NCBI GenBank assembly: GCA_039029455.1
Contig: JBCCGE010000007.1
Coordinates: 370-64,369 of the forward strand
Origin: Pseudomonadota bacterium
GTDB taxonomy: Bacteria; Pseudomonadota; Gammaproteobacteria; Arenicellales; Poriferihabitantaceae
Length of the DNA stretch: 64,000 nucleotides
Reading direction: 5' to 3'
The position numbers were made by a program, and so were the translations under genes. Each line of letters begins with the position of its first letter. Position 1 is the first letter of the stretch. This document shows, piece by piece, positions 16,322 to 26,137 of the stretch. The notes beneath the pieces were generated by a model. That model did no database searches, was not told where the DNA came from, and saw nothing but the letters and a program-made list of their open reading frames with translations.

Positions 16322-17986
16322 ATGTCATTTTTCTTTCAGCGATTCACAGTGGTACCCGTTGTGGCTCTGGCTGTTGTCATCTCTCTGGCAACATCTGTTG
16401 TGCATGCAGATCAGTCTCAGGATCGACCGCTCTATCTGATATTCGACGCGTCGAATTCAATGTGGGGTGAACTACCTGACAAATCAAGAAAGATCACCAC
16501 AGCTAAATCGGTATTCAATCAGCTCGAACCTTCCATGCTCGCCAATCGCCCGCTGGCGCTGCGGCTATACGGTCATCGCAGAAAGAGCGATTGCAGCGAC
16601 ACCGAACTGGCGGTTCCATTTGACGATAGTGCGGATACTCTTGACGCCATATCCGCAAAAATAAATTCGGTCTCTCCAAGAGGAAAAACACCCATTTCCA
16701 GAAGTCTCACCGCCGCACTTGAGGACTTCAACGGAAAGCCGGGCGATATCCTGCTGATATCCGACGGTATCGAAACCTGTGACGATGATCCGTGCGCTCT
16801 GGTGCAAAGCTGGCGGCGAAACAATATCGATATTCGTGTTCATGTTGTCGGACTCGGGTTAACGGAAGTTTCCAGAAACGCTATGAGCTGCATTGCAGAA
16901 GCATCATCTGCGCAATACACCGACGCGGATTCTGCTAAGGATCTGGAACTTGCAATCATAAAGACCGCAGGCACCCCGCTCGAACCCGGAACTCCGAATC
17001 CAACGCCGGATCAGGACGAGCCGGAGTTTCACGTCAGCGGTGTTGATGCAAATGGTGCCTATCTTCCCGTGTCCGGACTACTGCGTGCATCAGACGGCAC
17101 GACCAGTGAAATCAAGAGCAGTCGCCGCTACGTATTTGAGGGCGGCACTTACGAAATGACGGTTGGTGTGCCAACCGTCAACGGAATACTGTACAAGCCC
17201 ATAACCCAGGTGGTCGACGTGTCAGCAACCGGGACAACACATATCACTGTGGAGTTGATTCGCCCGCCGGTTATTCGAACGCTGTTCGTTCAATCCGGTG
17301 AAGAAATTCCAGGCGTTCTTACCCGTGTTGAAAATGGCGAAGGGCAAAACTTCAATTTAAGGACCGGAGAGGACTACTTCATCCTTCCGGGCAATTATAA
17401 TTTCAGTGCAGAGCTCAATCAGGACAATAAAATAACCGTTACCGAATCGGTTGTAAGCGGCGACAACAAAGACATTGTGTTTGACGTAATCGTTACCGTA
17501 AACACGCGTTTTGAAGTCTACGCCGGGAACAGTGAAAAACCGCTGCGCTTCAATCAGGAACTGTGGCAGCACGGTAAGAAAGTGTACGATGTACATATCC
17601 ACAACGGTGCGGATATCCGTCCCGGAACCTACACGCTGCGAGCCGACGATGCACTGACACCGTATGTCTTTGATGGTGTGACTATACCGACGGTCGACAA
17701 TCAGGTCCTGAGTTTCAGAATGCGCACAGGCAGTGCTCGTGTCAGTTACCCGACTGATATCGTGAACTCCAATTCCGACCTGCGATGCTGGCTGCGGCGA
17801 ATCGACGAAAACGGAAAAAACATTGGCAAGCGCAGCAGGACATTGCAATGCAATGGGTCTGACCTGCAATTGGTTGAAGGCCGCTATCGGATCAGAACGT
17901 GGAGTAAACTCGGGAAGTTCGAAGAGACCACGTTCAATATCAAGAACGAACAGTCAGTGGATATCATTCTGCAACCACAAAACTGA
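16322..17986 (+). CDS. Secreted von Willebrand factor A (VWA) domain protein with long beta-rich C-terminal region
   Basis: It has a signal peptide (VVPVVALAVVISLATSVVHA) and MIDAS elements LIFDASNSMW, GKTPIS and LISDGIETC. The C-terminal roughly 330 aa belongs to no family I recognise. Confidence 0.8.
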   Translation: MSFFFQRFTVVPVVALAVVISLATSVVHADQSQDRPLYLIFDASNSMWGELPDKSRKITTAKSVFNQLEPSMLANRPLALRLYGHRRKSDCSDTELAVPFDDSADTLDAISAKINSVSPRGKTPISRSLTAALEDFNGKPGDILLISDGIETCDDDPCALVQSWRRNNIDIRVHVVGLGLTEVSRNAMSCIAEASSAQYTDADSAKDLELAIIKTAGTPLEPGTPNPTPDQDEPEFHVSGVDANGAYLPVSGLLRASDGTTSEIKSSRRYVFEGGTYEMTVGVPTVNGILYKPITQVVDVSATGTTHITVELIRPPVIRTLFVQSGEEIPGVLTRVENGEGQNFNLRTGEDYFILPGNYNFSAELNQDNKITVTESVVSGDNKDIVFDVIVTVNTRFEVYAGNSEKPLRFNQELWQHGKKVYDVHIHNGADIRPGTYTLRADDALTPYVFDGVTIPTVDNQVLSFRMRTGSARVSYPTDIVNSNSDLRCWLRRIDENGKNIGKRSRTLQCNGSDLQLVEGRYRIRTWSKLGKFEETTFNIKNEQSVDIILQPQN

Positions 17987-18071
17987 AAATTTCGTTTTGG
18001 AAGACTGATGGAATCGGGTTGACCGTGTCGCTGAATCACTCCACCGGCGACCGAACACACCTGTCTAAATA

Positions 18072-18653
18072 ATGTCTCCCGAGCAGCGAAAAAAACCCTA
18101 TGTTGTCAATGTAGGCCTGCCCCGGACCGGAACCACTTCGTTCACAAAGGCGTCTCAAATTCTTGGTCTCAGCAGCCTTCACGTTTGGCTTGAGGCAGAG
18201 TACGATACCGACGTATGCAACGACATCAGGAACTTTGGTAAGTACTCACAGCGGTTTCTAAGTCAGTACGCAACGCTGAGTGACACGCCCTTTTTTATCC
18301 TGCGCAAAACATTCGAAAAACACTACCCTGGGACCCGCCTTATATTTACGACACGATGCAAGGCAAGCTGGATCAAAAGCATGATCAGTCACGGCACTGC
18401 AGGGGGCCAATTTTTACGCGACATATATGACGTGCCGTCGGGAGATTACACAAGCGAACATACGCCGTATCTCAGTACTATTTACGACCGACATCATCAG
18501 GCCGAATGCGCAGGGTTGCCTGAAATTCACCTGACTGAAATGTCCGATGACGACAAATGGCGCGTATTGTGTGAAGCGCTACCGGATTCGGATCGATATA
18601 TGTCGATATGTCGGGGCTTACCCTGGCCCCATCAGAACAAGAGCCGGAAGTAA
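18072..18653 (+). CDS. Sulfotransferase-family protein (Sulfotransfer_4-like)
   Basis: 193 aa. The 5'-PSB-like loop VGLPRTGTTSF lies at the N-terminus. Confidence 0.6.
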   Translation: MSPEQRKKPYVVNVGLPRTGTTSFTKASQILGLSSLHVWLEAEYDTDVCNDIRNFGKYSQRFLSQYATLSDTPFFILRKTFEKHYPGTRLIFTTRCKASWIKSMISHGTAGGQFLRDIYDVPSGDYTSEHTPYLSTIYDRHHQAECAGLPEIHLTEMSDDDKWRVLCEALPDSDRYMSICRGLPWPHQNKSRK

Positions 18654-18729
18654 TCCGATAATTCTGCTCTGGCAGATTGGTGTTGCACGAAATCCGCATG
18701 TATTCAAACAACCGGTTCAACAACAGGGG

Positions 18730-20985
18730 TCAGACCTCCTCGAAAAAGACGCGGTCGTATTTGATTCGTGCATCCGGATTAATATCCATTTCGAGCTCAC
18801 GCGCATAGCGATGCCCGGAGAAAATCGCACCGGCAATGATCGCCGGAGCGTCACAGTCTCCTAACCGGGTGACGCTCGGTCGTTCGTTCTCGTCTATCGA
18901 TTCAACGCGGCTCAGCAACTCATAATAGAGACTGTCATTGGGCTGTCGAGATGATACGTTCACAAAGCTGTCGCAAGGTAGCGCCGATACCACTTCGGTA
19001 AACACATCAAACAACTCTGCTGAATCGCCTGTAAAGGCCGTGACCTCGCTGTTGACCACAATATCGATGCCATCATCATACATCTGCTTGTGACTGCGCT
19101 CCTGCTCACCCGTTCGGCCGCCCCAGCTCGACACAACGCTGGCGGGAGTAACAAGTGTCACTGACAAACCGCTTTGTCGAAGCATGAGTGCCAGTACGCT
19201 GCCCATATAGTAGTGATCATCGTCATATACGACGACGTGCCCGCCGGGCAACCGACCGGACATAATGTCATCCGGCGTAAAAACATTTTCTGCCTCCTGC
19301 AGCCCTGGAATCGGTGCTGATGACTGCAGCCCGACTCCGTTCCGTCGCCATACCGCACCAGTCGCAACCGCAATATGTCGGGCGCCTGTTTCCAGCGCAT
19401 CTTCTGCAGTCATATAACTCTCCTGATACAGATCCACATTGGCCATTTGCGGCAGTTGCTGAAGGCGATAATTGATCACGCGCACCCATTCACTTAACCC
19501 GGGTAAGCGGGACTCCTTTAACACACGCCCGCCGGCTTCCTTTTCAGCATCTGCAACCATGACATGATAGCCGCGTCGCCCCAAAGCGCGAGCAGCTTCC
19601 AGTCCGGACGGTCCGGCTCCGATGACCAGCACCGTGGAGTCGGAGCATTTGGGTTCAATCGCCTCAGGGTGCCAGCCCCGACGCCACTCTTCACTGATGG
19701 TGGGATTTTGGGTGCAGCGTATCGGAGTGCCGGTGCCATCCCCGGAATAACAGATATTGCAACCGATACATTCACGGATATCGTCAAACCGACCCTGTTC
19801 GATCTTAGTTGGCAGAAACGGGTCGGCTATTGAAGGCCGTGCCGCGCCGATTAAATCGACAACACCGCGCCTGATCTGTGATGCCATCGTATCCGGTGAT
19901 GTAAATCGTCCCACCGTGACCACGGGTTTGCTGGTGACAGACTTCACCCAGGACATATGAGACTCCAGCGATCCTTCCTTGACGAATCGGGACACGCCCA
20001 TTTCATGATAGTAGTCGCTGACATTGATGTCCCAGAGGTCCGGCAATTCCGCCAGCATTTCGAACATGTCGCCCCGTTCGCCCAGCACCGGATTGTCATC
20101 AGTGCTCTCAGCAGTATCCGCTGCAAATCGCACCGCGACCGCACATTTATCGCCCACCGCCTCTTTCGTTTCTTCAATCAATTCGCGAATGAGTCGCACG
20201 CGGTTTTCGAGTGACCCACCGTATTCGTCGGTGCGCTGATTTTGGCTCGGTGACAGGAAATTGGACAACAGATAGCCGTGAGTTGCATACACATACACAA
20301 TATCGAATCCGGCGTCACGTGCACGCAATGCAGCCGCCCGATGCCACCGGCGGAGATTTCGTATATCTGACTTGTCCATGGCACGGGTCTGGTAAGGCAC
20401 ACCCGTCGCATTTGGGCGCGACGACACGTCCATTGCGGTTTCATTGGTAAAAAGATTGGACGCGCGCGATCCACCGGCCCAGAGTTCCACTCCCGCGAGC
20501 GCACCGTGAGCGTGCACCTGTTCGGTCATCAAACTGTGCGCGCGAATATCACCCTGATCCCATAATGACGCATACGGATAAGGCAAATCGTCTGAAGTCG
20601 GATGGATGGAACAGTATTCGGTGCATACCGCACCCCAGCCACCTTCTGCTTTCATCCCACGGAGATGCGCAACCATGCGCGGTCGCAGCCAGCCCAGACC
20701 TGTACAGTGCGGGACCTGATAAAAGCGATTTTTCGCAGTCACCGGTCCGATCGAGACAGGTTCAAATAAGATATCGTGTTGTTTGGGGCGCACTATTGAT
20801 TGTGTTCTGTTCTGCAGCAGAATACCAAACCAAATCGGGAAGTGGGTCGTTTGTCGAGGCAGGAATCCGTGCGATGTTTCCGCGTTGTGCACAATTTCCT
20901 GATCACTCTGTTGAACGATGACTGACCGGTTCAGTGACGTTCGACAGAAATCAAACGACCGATTAATCGGCTGCTTGTGGAACAA
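18730..20985 (-). CDS. Trimethylamine/dimethylamine/histamine dehydrogenase-family flavoprotein (OYE-like FMN domain + 4Fe-4S + ADP-binding domains)
   Basis: DILFEPVSIGPVTAKNRFYQVPHCTGLG contains the Cys aligned with the 6-S-cysteinyl-FMN Cys of TMADH. It also has the 4Fe-4S motif CIGCNICYSG and the dinucleotide fold VLVIGAGPSGLEAARALG. The true start is probably downstream of 20985, for example GTG at 20793. Confidence 0.8.
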   Translation of the reverse strand: MFHKQPINRSFDFCRTSLNRSVIVQQSDQEIVHNAETSHGFLPRQTTHFPIWFGILLQNRTQSIVRPKQHDILFEPVSIGPVTAKNRFYQVPHCTGLGWLRPRMVAHLRGMKAEGGWGAVCTEYCSIHPTSDDLPYPYASLWDQGDIRAHSLMTEQVHAHGALAGVELWAGGSRASNLFTNETAMDVSSRPNATGVPYQTRAMDKSDIRNLRRWHRAAALRARDAGFDIVYVYATHGYLLSNFLSPSQNQRTDEYGGSLENRVRLIRELIEETKEAVGDKCAVAVRFAADTAESTDDNPVLGERGDMFEMLAELPDLWDINVSDYYHEMGVSRFVKEGSLESHMSWVKSVTSKPVVTVGRFTSPDTMASQIRRGVVDLIGAARPSIADPFLPTKIEQGRFDDIRECIGCNICYSGDGTGTPIRCTQNPTISEEWRRGWHPEAIEPKCSDSTVLVIGAGPSGLEAARALGRRGYHVMVADAEKEAGGRVLKESRLPGLSEWVRVINYRLQQLPQMANVDLYQESYMTAEDALETGARHIAVATGAVWRRNGVGLQSSAPIPGLQEAENVFTPDDIMSGRLPGGHVVVYDDDHYYMGSVLALMLRQSGLSVTLVTPASVVSSWGGRTGEQERSHKQMYDDGIDIVVNSEVTAFTGDSAELFDVFTEVVSALPCDSFVNVSSRQPNDSLYYELLSRVESIDENERPSVTRLGDCDAPAIIAGAIFSGHRYARELEMDINPDARIKYDRVFFEEV

Positions 20986-21130
20986 TCTTTATTTTCACAT
21001 GCAGAAAATAACACTTTCGCCCCGTGCAAATGTGAAGGCGTGTGTTCGGCGGACGCTATATTCGACGCTCGGCACGGGCTGCTGGATGCAGTTGGCCTGA
21101 AGGGTTTGACGGACTGAGTTGAGGCAAGAC

Positions 21131-22090
21131 CTATTCCCAGTCCCTGAAAACAGGTCCCGTGTACTCTCCATTAATAATGCGCTGACGAGCCGCTTCCCAG
21201 TTCGTTTGCCATACCACCGGATCGCGCAATTCGGATTCCGGATTTGAACGGCTGCGCGCAATAAAACCGGGAAACGCCGGACGACCGCTGGGTTGTCCGG
21301 TCGGATGGTAGCGAATGTCGACACTCCATCTCAGGCGAGCAGATCGATTCGGTGTGGAACTGTGAATATTCTGCTTGTGAAAAAGAATTATGCCGCCCCG
21401 CTTCACCGGCAACGGCTTACCTTGTCTTCCGTCTATTATTTCATCGGGCACGCACGGTTCTCTGGCAATCTTTCCAGGTTGATGCGGCTGCGGGCCCTGC
21501 AGATGGCTCTTGGGAATTGATGCCAGACACCCGTTATCCAGGTCGGCATCGGTGACTGCCACCCAGACCGTCACCTGGTCTGTATTGTCTGCCTCCGGCA
21601 GGACAGCAACAGTATCCTGATGCCAGGTCGTAATGCCGACGTTTGAATGCGCCAGACTGTTGGCATCCAGCTGCTGCTGCGGAGGTTTGATTCGCATTTG
21701 CTGGACCGGACTTGACGAAATCTCGGGACCAATAACGCTCTCTACTATATCCAGGATTTTGGCATTACTCTGCAATCCAAATACCGCCGGTCCAAAGTGC
21801 GCCCGGTACGTATCCGGATCAACGCCATCATTCACCAATGGCAGAGAAATGTTGAATTGGTCCACGCAGTCGGGATACTCCGTCAGCAGCTTTGCATAAC
21901 GCTCAGCAAAAGGAAGTTCGACCAGCGGATCAGATATAAAGCCCCGCTCATAGTACTGTTGGCACTTGTCGTCCAGCAGCTCCTCGTATTCGGTTTCAAG
22001 CGGTTCAATGTCTGCGTCAGCAAGCACGTTCTCCACCACCAGAAATCCGTTTTCGTGGAACGAGTTCAGCTGTTCAGTACTCAATGACAT
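21131..22090 (-). CDS. Phytanoyl-CoA dioxygenase (PhyH) family Fe(II)/2OG oxygenase
   Basis: 319 aa. It has HxD in TTWHQDTVAV and a distal His in FHKQNIHSSTPN. Confidence 0.75.
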   Translation of the reverse strand: MSLSTEQLNSFHENGFLVVENVLADADIEPLETEYEELLDDKCQQYYERGFISDPLVELPFAERYAKLLTEYPDCVDQFNISLPLVNDGVDPDTYRAHFGPAVFGLQSNAKILDIVESVIGPEISSSPVQQMRIKPPQQQLDANSLAHSNVGITTWHQDTVAVLPEADNTDQVTVWVAVTDADLDNGCLASIPKSHLQGPQPHQPGKIAREPCVPDEIIDGRQGKPLPVKRGGIILFHKQNIHSSTPNRSARLRWSVDIRYHPTGQPSGRPAFPGFIARSRSNPESELRDPVVWQTNWEAARQRIINGEYTGPVFRDWE

Positions 22091-22093
22091 CGA

Positions 22094-23062
22094 TCAAATC
22101 TCCGGCGAACGGTTAGTGACAACGACCTCTGCACCTCGGGCTTCCGGTTCATAGTCAACCAGTTCATCCGGAAAACCAGTCGCTCTCAGATCCGTATCGC
22201 AGGCGTCTTCCAGTCGCTTGACGACCATAGAAGACCACGCCCTTGCGCCGTATTTCTTCAGACCGTCGCGCATAATCTGAACACACAGTGGCGACAGCTC
22301 CAGCGGCACATCAAGCTGCTTACCCAAATCGTCGAACAGCGACAGATCCTTGACCTCGTGATCCATGGTGAAATTAATGTTGTAGCTTCCATTCAGTATG
22401 AGCTGCCCCTCAGTCTCGTGCACAAATGAATTGCCGGAAGATATGCGGATAGCCTCGTATGCCACATTGAGGTCAATACCTGCTTTTTTGGCAACCATAA
22501 ACGCTTCGCCGGTCGATATCAGCTGCACACCCGCCAGATAGTTGGTGGCAACTTTGAGAATAGACGCCGTTCCGAGTTCTCCGGTATGGAGAACATTGCG
22601 TCCTACAGTTGTGAGTAGCGGCAGGACTTTTTCAAACGCTTCGCGTTTACCGCCCGCGAAAATAGCGATATTGCCGGTCGCCGCTCGATGGCAGCCGCCG
22701 GATACCGGACAATCCATGGCCACAGCACCTCTGGCCTCGACAAGGTGTCCCAACCGGCGCACTTCATCCGCATCCGTTGAGCTCATCTCGAGCCAGACCT
22801 TGCCCTCGCATAAACCTTCCAGCACACCCGCTGCTTCTTCCATCACCTGAGCAGAAACCCGTGGAGACGGCATACAAGTGATTACAATATCGCAGCTCTC
22901 GGCCATCTCGCGTGCGGAACCTGCCGTTGTCGCACCCTGATCAATCAGTTGTTCCAAAGCATCAGGATCGATGTCACGAACGCAAACCTGAAAATTATTT
23001 CTGACCAGACTTCCTGCAAGTTTGGCACCCACGTTGCCCAGACCAATAAACCCAATCTTCAT
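22094..23062 (-). CDS. NAD(P)-dependent oxidoreductase, HIBADH family
   Basis: The N-terminus is MKIGFIGLGNVGAKLAGSL. 322 aa. Its stop lies 3 nt upstream of the PhyH gene start, so the two are probably co-transcribed. Confidence 0.8.
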   Translation of the reverse strand: MKIGFIGLGNVGAKLAGSLVRNNFQVCVRDIDPDALEQLIDQGATTAGSAREMAESCDIVITCMPSPRVSAQVMEEAAGVLEGLCEGKVWLEMSSTDADEVRRLGHLVEARGAVAMDCPVSGGCHRAATGNIAIFAGGKREAFEKVLPLLTTVGRNVLHTGELGTASILKVATNYLAGVQLISTGEAFMVAKKAGIDLNVAYEAIRISSGNSFVHETEGQLILNGSYNINFTMDHEVKDLSLFDDLGKQLDVPLELSPLCVQIMRDGLKKYGARAWSSMVVKRLEDACDTDLRATGFPDELVDYEPEARGAEVVVTNRSPEI

Positions 23063-23239
23063 AAATAACCTCGAATGCAGTGAGATCGTATGTATGCAGG
23101 CCGGCCATCAAACTGAGTCAGTTCGAGAATTTATATCCGGCGATTTCAGCGGAAGAATACTGCCGGATTTCGATTTTTTCCAGTTTTTTAAAGCGTTATA
23201 CCCGCGCGCAAAATCACTTGCAGGAGAACAACCAGAACA

Positions 23240-23794
23240 CTAGTTTGCAACCAGCAAACTATCGAGAAGAGATGTAATACGAGGGTCGTAAGGCGCCACG
23301 GTAGCACCGAATCGGGCCACCACTTCTCCGTTGCGATCAACCACATACTTGAAGAAGTTCCATTTCGGTGCACCTGCCTGTTCGGCGAGCTCCATAAAAA
23401 GTGGATGTGCATCAGGGCCCTTGACCGGCACCGGCGCCATCATCGGAAAACTCACACCAAAATTTAAGAAGCAGATCTTTGCGGCTTCCTGCTCCGTCCC
23501 AGCAGCCTGATGAAACGAATCGGATGTCACGCCGAGGAACCCGACGCCGCGCTTCCCGTACTCCTGATGCAGTGCTTCAAGACCCTCGAACTGATGTGTG
23601 AATCCACAGTGGCTGGCGGTATTCACTACAAGGGCAGGTTTGCCGGCGAGAAGCTCACACAAATGACTACTTTCCGAGCTGTGCAGATGTTTCATCTGAT
23701 GATCAAACACTGCCGGACACAGGTCACTGGCCCAGCCCACTCCGGGAATCAGACAACAAAATAATATCGCCAGATACCCGCGCACTATATCCAC
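23240..23794 (-). CDS. Glutathione peroxidase-family protein with signal peptide
   Basis: NTASHCGFTHQFEGLEALHQEYGKRGVGFLGVTSDSF is the Cys-type GPx active-site context. The N-terminal hydrophobic leader is AILFCCLIPGVGWA. Confidence 0.8.
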   Translation of the reverse strand: MDIVRGYLAILFCCLIPGVGWASDLCPAVFDHQMKHLHSSESSHLCELLAGKPALVVNTASHCGFTHQFEGLEALHQEYGKRGVGFLGVTSDSFHQAAGTEQEAAKICFLNFGVSFPMMAPVPVKGPDAHPLFMELAEQAGAPKWNFFKYVVDRNGEVVARFGATVAPYDPRITSLLDSLLVAN

Positions 23795-25341
23795 TCAGGT
23801 TCAAGTTGGGGCTCGTCACGACCCAGAGATTCCTTTCGTTTTGCGACGTATTCGTTGAGAGCTTCCCTGATCCCCGGATCTGTAGGTGGCGCCTCAAATT
23901 CCTGCAATACGTTTTGCCAGAGCTCTGTGGCACGTTCGGTGGCATTTTTTGACCCGGCCTGCGTCCAGTTCTCATGGTTCTGCCAGTCACTTAGAAACGG
24001 TTCGTAGAACGCACTTTTGTAGCGCTCCATGGTGTGAGCACAACCAAAGAAGTGACCGCCGGGCCCGACCTCTTCCATTGCCTCGAGACCAATCTCACCC
24101 AGATCAATTTTGGGAGGCTGCAGGAATTGACTCATGTGCTGAAGCATTTCGACATCGGTAATTATTTTTTCAAAAGACGCGACCAGTCCGCCTTCGAGCC
24201 ATCCTGCCGTGTGATAGATCAAATTACCGTGACCGAGCACCGACCCCCATAACGACATCTGGGTCTCGTACGTGGATTGAGCGTCAACGGCATTGGAAGC
24301 GTTACAGGCGCTGGTCCGGTGGGGCAATTTATAGAGCCTGGAAAGTTGCCCACCTGCCATATTCGCCAGTGAGTTTTCCGGTGTGCCAAACGCCGGGGAG
24401 CCGGACCGCATATCAACATTGGATGTAAAACCACCATATATCACCGGTGTTCCGGGATTCGTCAGTTGCAACAGTGTGATCCCAAGCAGGGCCTCGGCAT
24501 TAGCCTGCACCAGAGCCCCTCCAAGAGTCGCTGGTGTCATCGCGCCCATCAACGTAAACGGCGTGACGGTTACCGGCTGACCAAGTATGGCGAGTTGCAT
24601 TGCTCCGTAGGCCATACTGTCATCGAGCTTGCGTGGAGAATTAATATTGATGTTCGTCATCACGAGCGGACGGCTCTTCAGATCCTCCAGACTCAGGCCG
24701 TTTGCGATGGCGCCCATATTTGCCGCATCAAGCACACGACCCGCACCGATACCGGTTGCGAAAAAAGGTTTATCCGACAGCGTCAGATTCTCGAAAGTCG
24801 TATCGAGGTGACGGTTATTCACCGGCAGATCTGTGGGCGCAGTTGCCTGATTGCCATAAAACGTCAGGACGTTGAAGTACTGGCCAAACTTGATCAGTTT
24901 TCGATAGTCCTCGATGTTGCCCATCCGACGACCACCAATATTGTCGTGCACATTCGGGGTACCCGACACCAGACCAAAATTGATCACATCGCCGCCGACC
25001 CGGAGTGTGTTGTCCGGGTTGCGGGGAACAACCTCGAACGTTTCCGGCGCCTTTGCAATAGTTTCCATCACCAGATTTCGATCGAGCCGAACGATACCGT
25101 TCGAACTTACATCAGCGCCGGATTTCGAGAACATATCGAGAGCCTGCTGCCCCAGAACTTCCACACCCTGCTCTTCAAGCAGCTGCAGAGAGGTATTATG
25201 TATCAGCTGCACCTGATCTTCGCTAAGAGGCTCAACTGGGGCAAACCGGTTGCGAAGGACGCGACGCTCAATCTGTTTTACCGCAGACTCAACAACCTGT
25301 TCTACTTCAGTATTTTGTCTTCGACGACCTCTGCGAGCCAT
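23785..25341 (-). CDS. MttB-superfamily methyltransferase, non-pyrrolysine type (quaternary amine:corrinoid/THF methyltransferase-like)
   Basis: 518 aa uninterrupted, with no in-frame TAG. The N-terminus MARRGRRRQ...EPLSEDQVQLIHNTSLQLLEEQGVEV...VRLDRNLVMETIAKAPETFEVVPRNP matches the bacterial MttB-family layout as I recall it. Confidence 0.8.
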   Translation of the reverse strand: MARRGRRRQNTEVEQVVESAVKQIERRVLRNRFAPVEPLSEDQVQLIHNTSLQLLEEQGVEVLGQQALDMFSKSGADVSSNGIVRLDRNLVMETIAKAPETFEVVPRNPDNTLRVGGDVINFGLVSGTPNVHDNIGGRRMGNIEDYRKLIKFGQYFNVLTFYGNQATAPTDLPVNNRHLDTTFENLTLSDKPFFATGIGAGRVLDAANMGAIANGLSLEDLKSRPLVMTNININSPRKLDDSMAYGAMQLAILGQPVTVTPFTLMGAMTPATLGGALVQANAEALLGITLLQLTNPGTPVIYGGFTSNVDMRSGSPAFGTPENSLANMAGGQLSRLYKLPHRTSACNASNAVDAQSTYETQMSLWGSVLGHGNLIYHTAGWLEGGLVASFEKIITDVEMLQHMSQFLQPPKIDLGEIGLEAMEEVGPGGHFFGCAHTMERYKSAFYEPFLSDWQNHENWTQAGSKNATERATELWQNVLQEFEAPPTDPGIREALNEYVAKRKESLGRDEPQLEPEWI

Positions 25342-25509
25342 AGTTATCTCCGATCAGTTTTTAATGAATAGCAGGCATTCTCAACGCCATGGAGTTCTAT
25401 GGTACCGAACACGATGACCCTAAATTGCGTCATCGGGAAGCATTCTGTCGTTTTTTCGGCGCAAGTCACAAAAAAACGACGATGCAATCGACGTTCACGA
25501 TTTATCGCT

Positions 25510-26106
25510 TCAGCGTTGGCTTTTGGAAAATACAAACCTGAGAGTGATGCGCTCGCCTTCTTCACCAGCGTATTCGCATCGATTGGCCTCTATGTCATAG
25601 GGCAGCCAGGCAGGAAACAACAGGATATCGCCGGCATCCACATCAATGGCATGCTTGAGGGTATTTGGACCGCTCTTGTCTGTATTGGGCTGTTCGCATT
25701 GCGTTCGAGGATCACTGAATATCGGCCGTCCACTTTTTTCCGGTGCCCGGACGAAATAGAGACCGCGCCACACTCCTCTGTTTGCGTGCATTTCCTTGTC
25801 GTAGCCAAAGCGATCGCAGATATTTGCCCACAAGGCTGAAAGCCAGAGCGGCGTTGCTTGCTCTTCTGCAGTCAGAGAATTCTCAACCTTCTGACGCAAG
25901 GCATCTGCAAACATTGTGAAACCGCTCTCCTCATGGAGTGCATCGTGGCTGTGCCAGCCTCCCTTAGACTGCCTGCTCGGGCTAATGCCTCTGCGCTCTT
26001 GTGTTCTTAGGCTGATCAATCTGGAAGAGAGATAGACGTTGATTAAATCGGCATCCGTAAGTGTCGTTCGGATAACGGGCGTTGGAAACAAATGCAGGCG
26101 TTCCAT
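25510..26106 (-). CDS. TIGR02466 / 2OG-FeII_Oxy_5-like protein (putative 2OG oxygenase fold, metal ligands possibly degenerate)
   Basis: The preferred start is ATG at 26106 (MERLHLFPTPVIRT...); the ORF-track start at 26232 overlaps the upstream gene. The family-like elements are LFPTPV, WANICDRFGYDKEMHAN and ILLFPAWLPYDIEAN. Confidence 0.55.
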   Translation of the reverse strand: MERLHLFPTPVIRTTLTDADLINVYLSSRLISLRTQERRGISPSRQSKGGWHSHDALHEESGFTMFADALRQKVENSLTAEEQATPLWLSALWANICDRFGYDKEMHANRGVWRGLYFVRAPEKSGRPIFSDPRTQCEQPNTDKSGPNTLKHAIDVDAGDILLFPAWLPYDIEANRCEYAGEEGERITLRFVFSKSQR

Positions 26107-26137
26107 CAGCGAAGTACTCGTTTGAATCCTGTCATCT

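Noticed and set aside
24466-25371. 301-aa ORF on the plus strand
   Set aside because: It lies entirely antisense to the well-supported MttB-family gene. Its composition is Arg/His/Ile-rich and low-complexity, with no recognisable motif. It is a typical shadow ORF.
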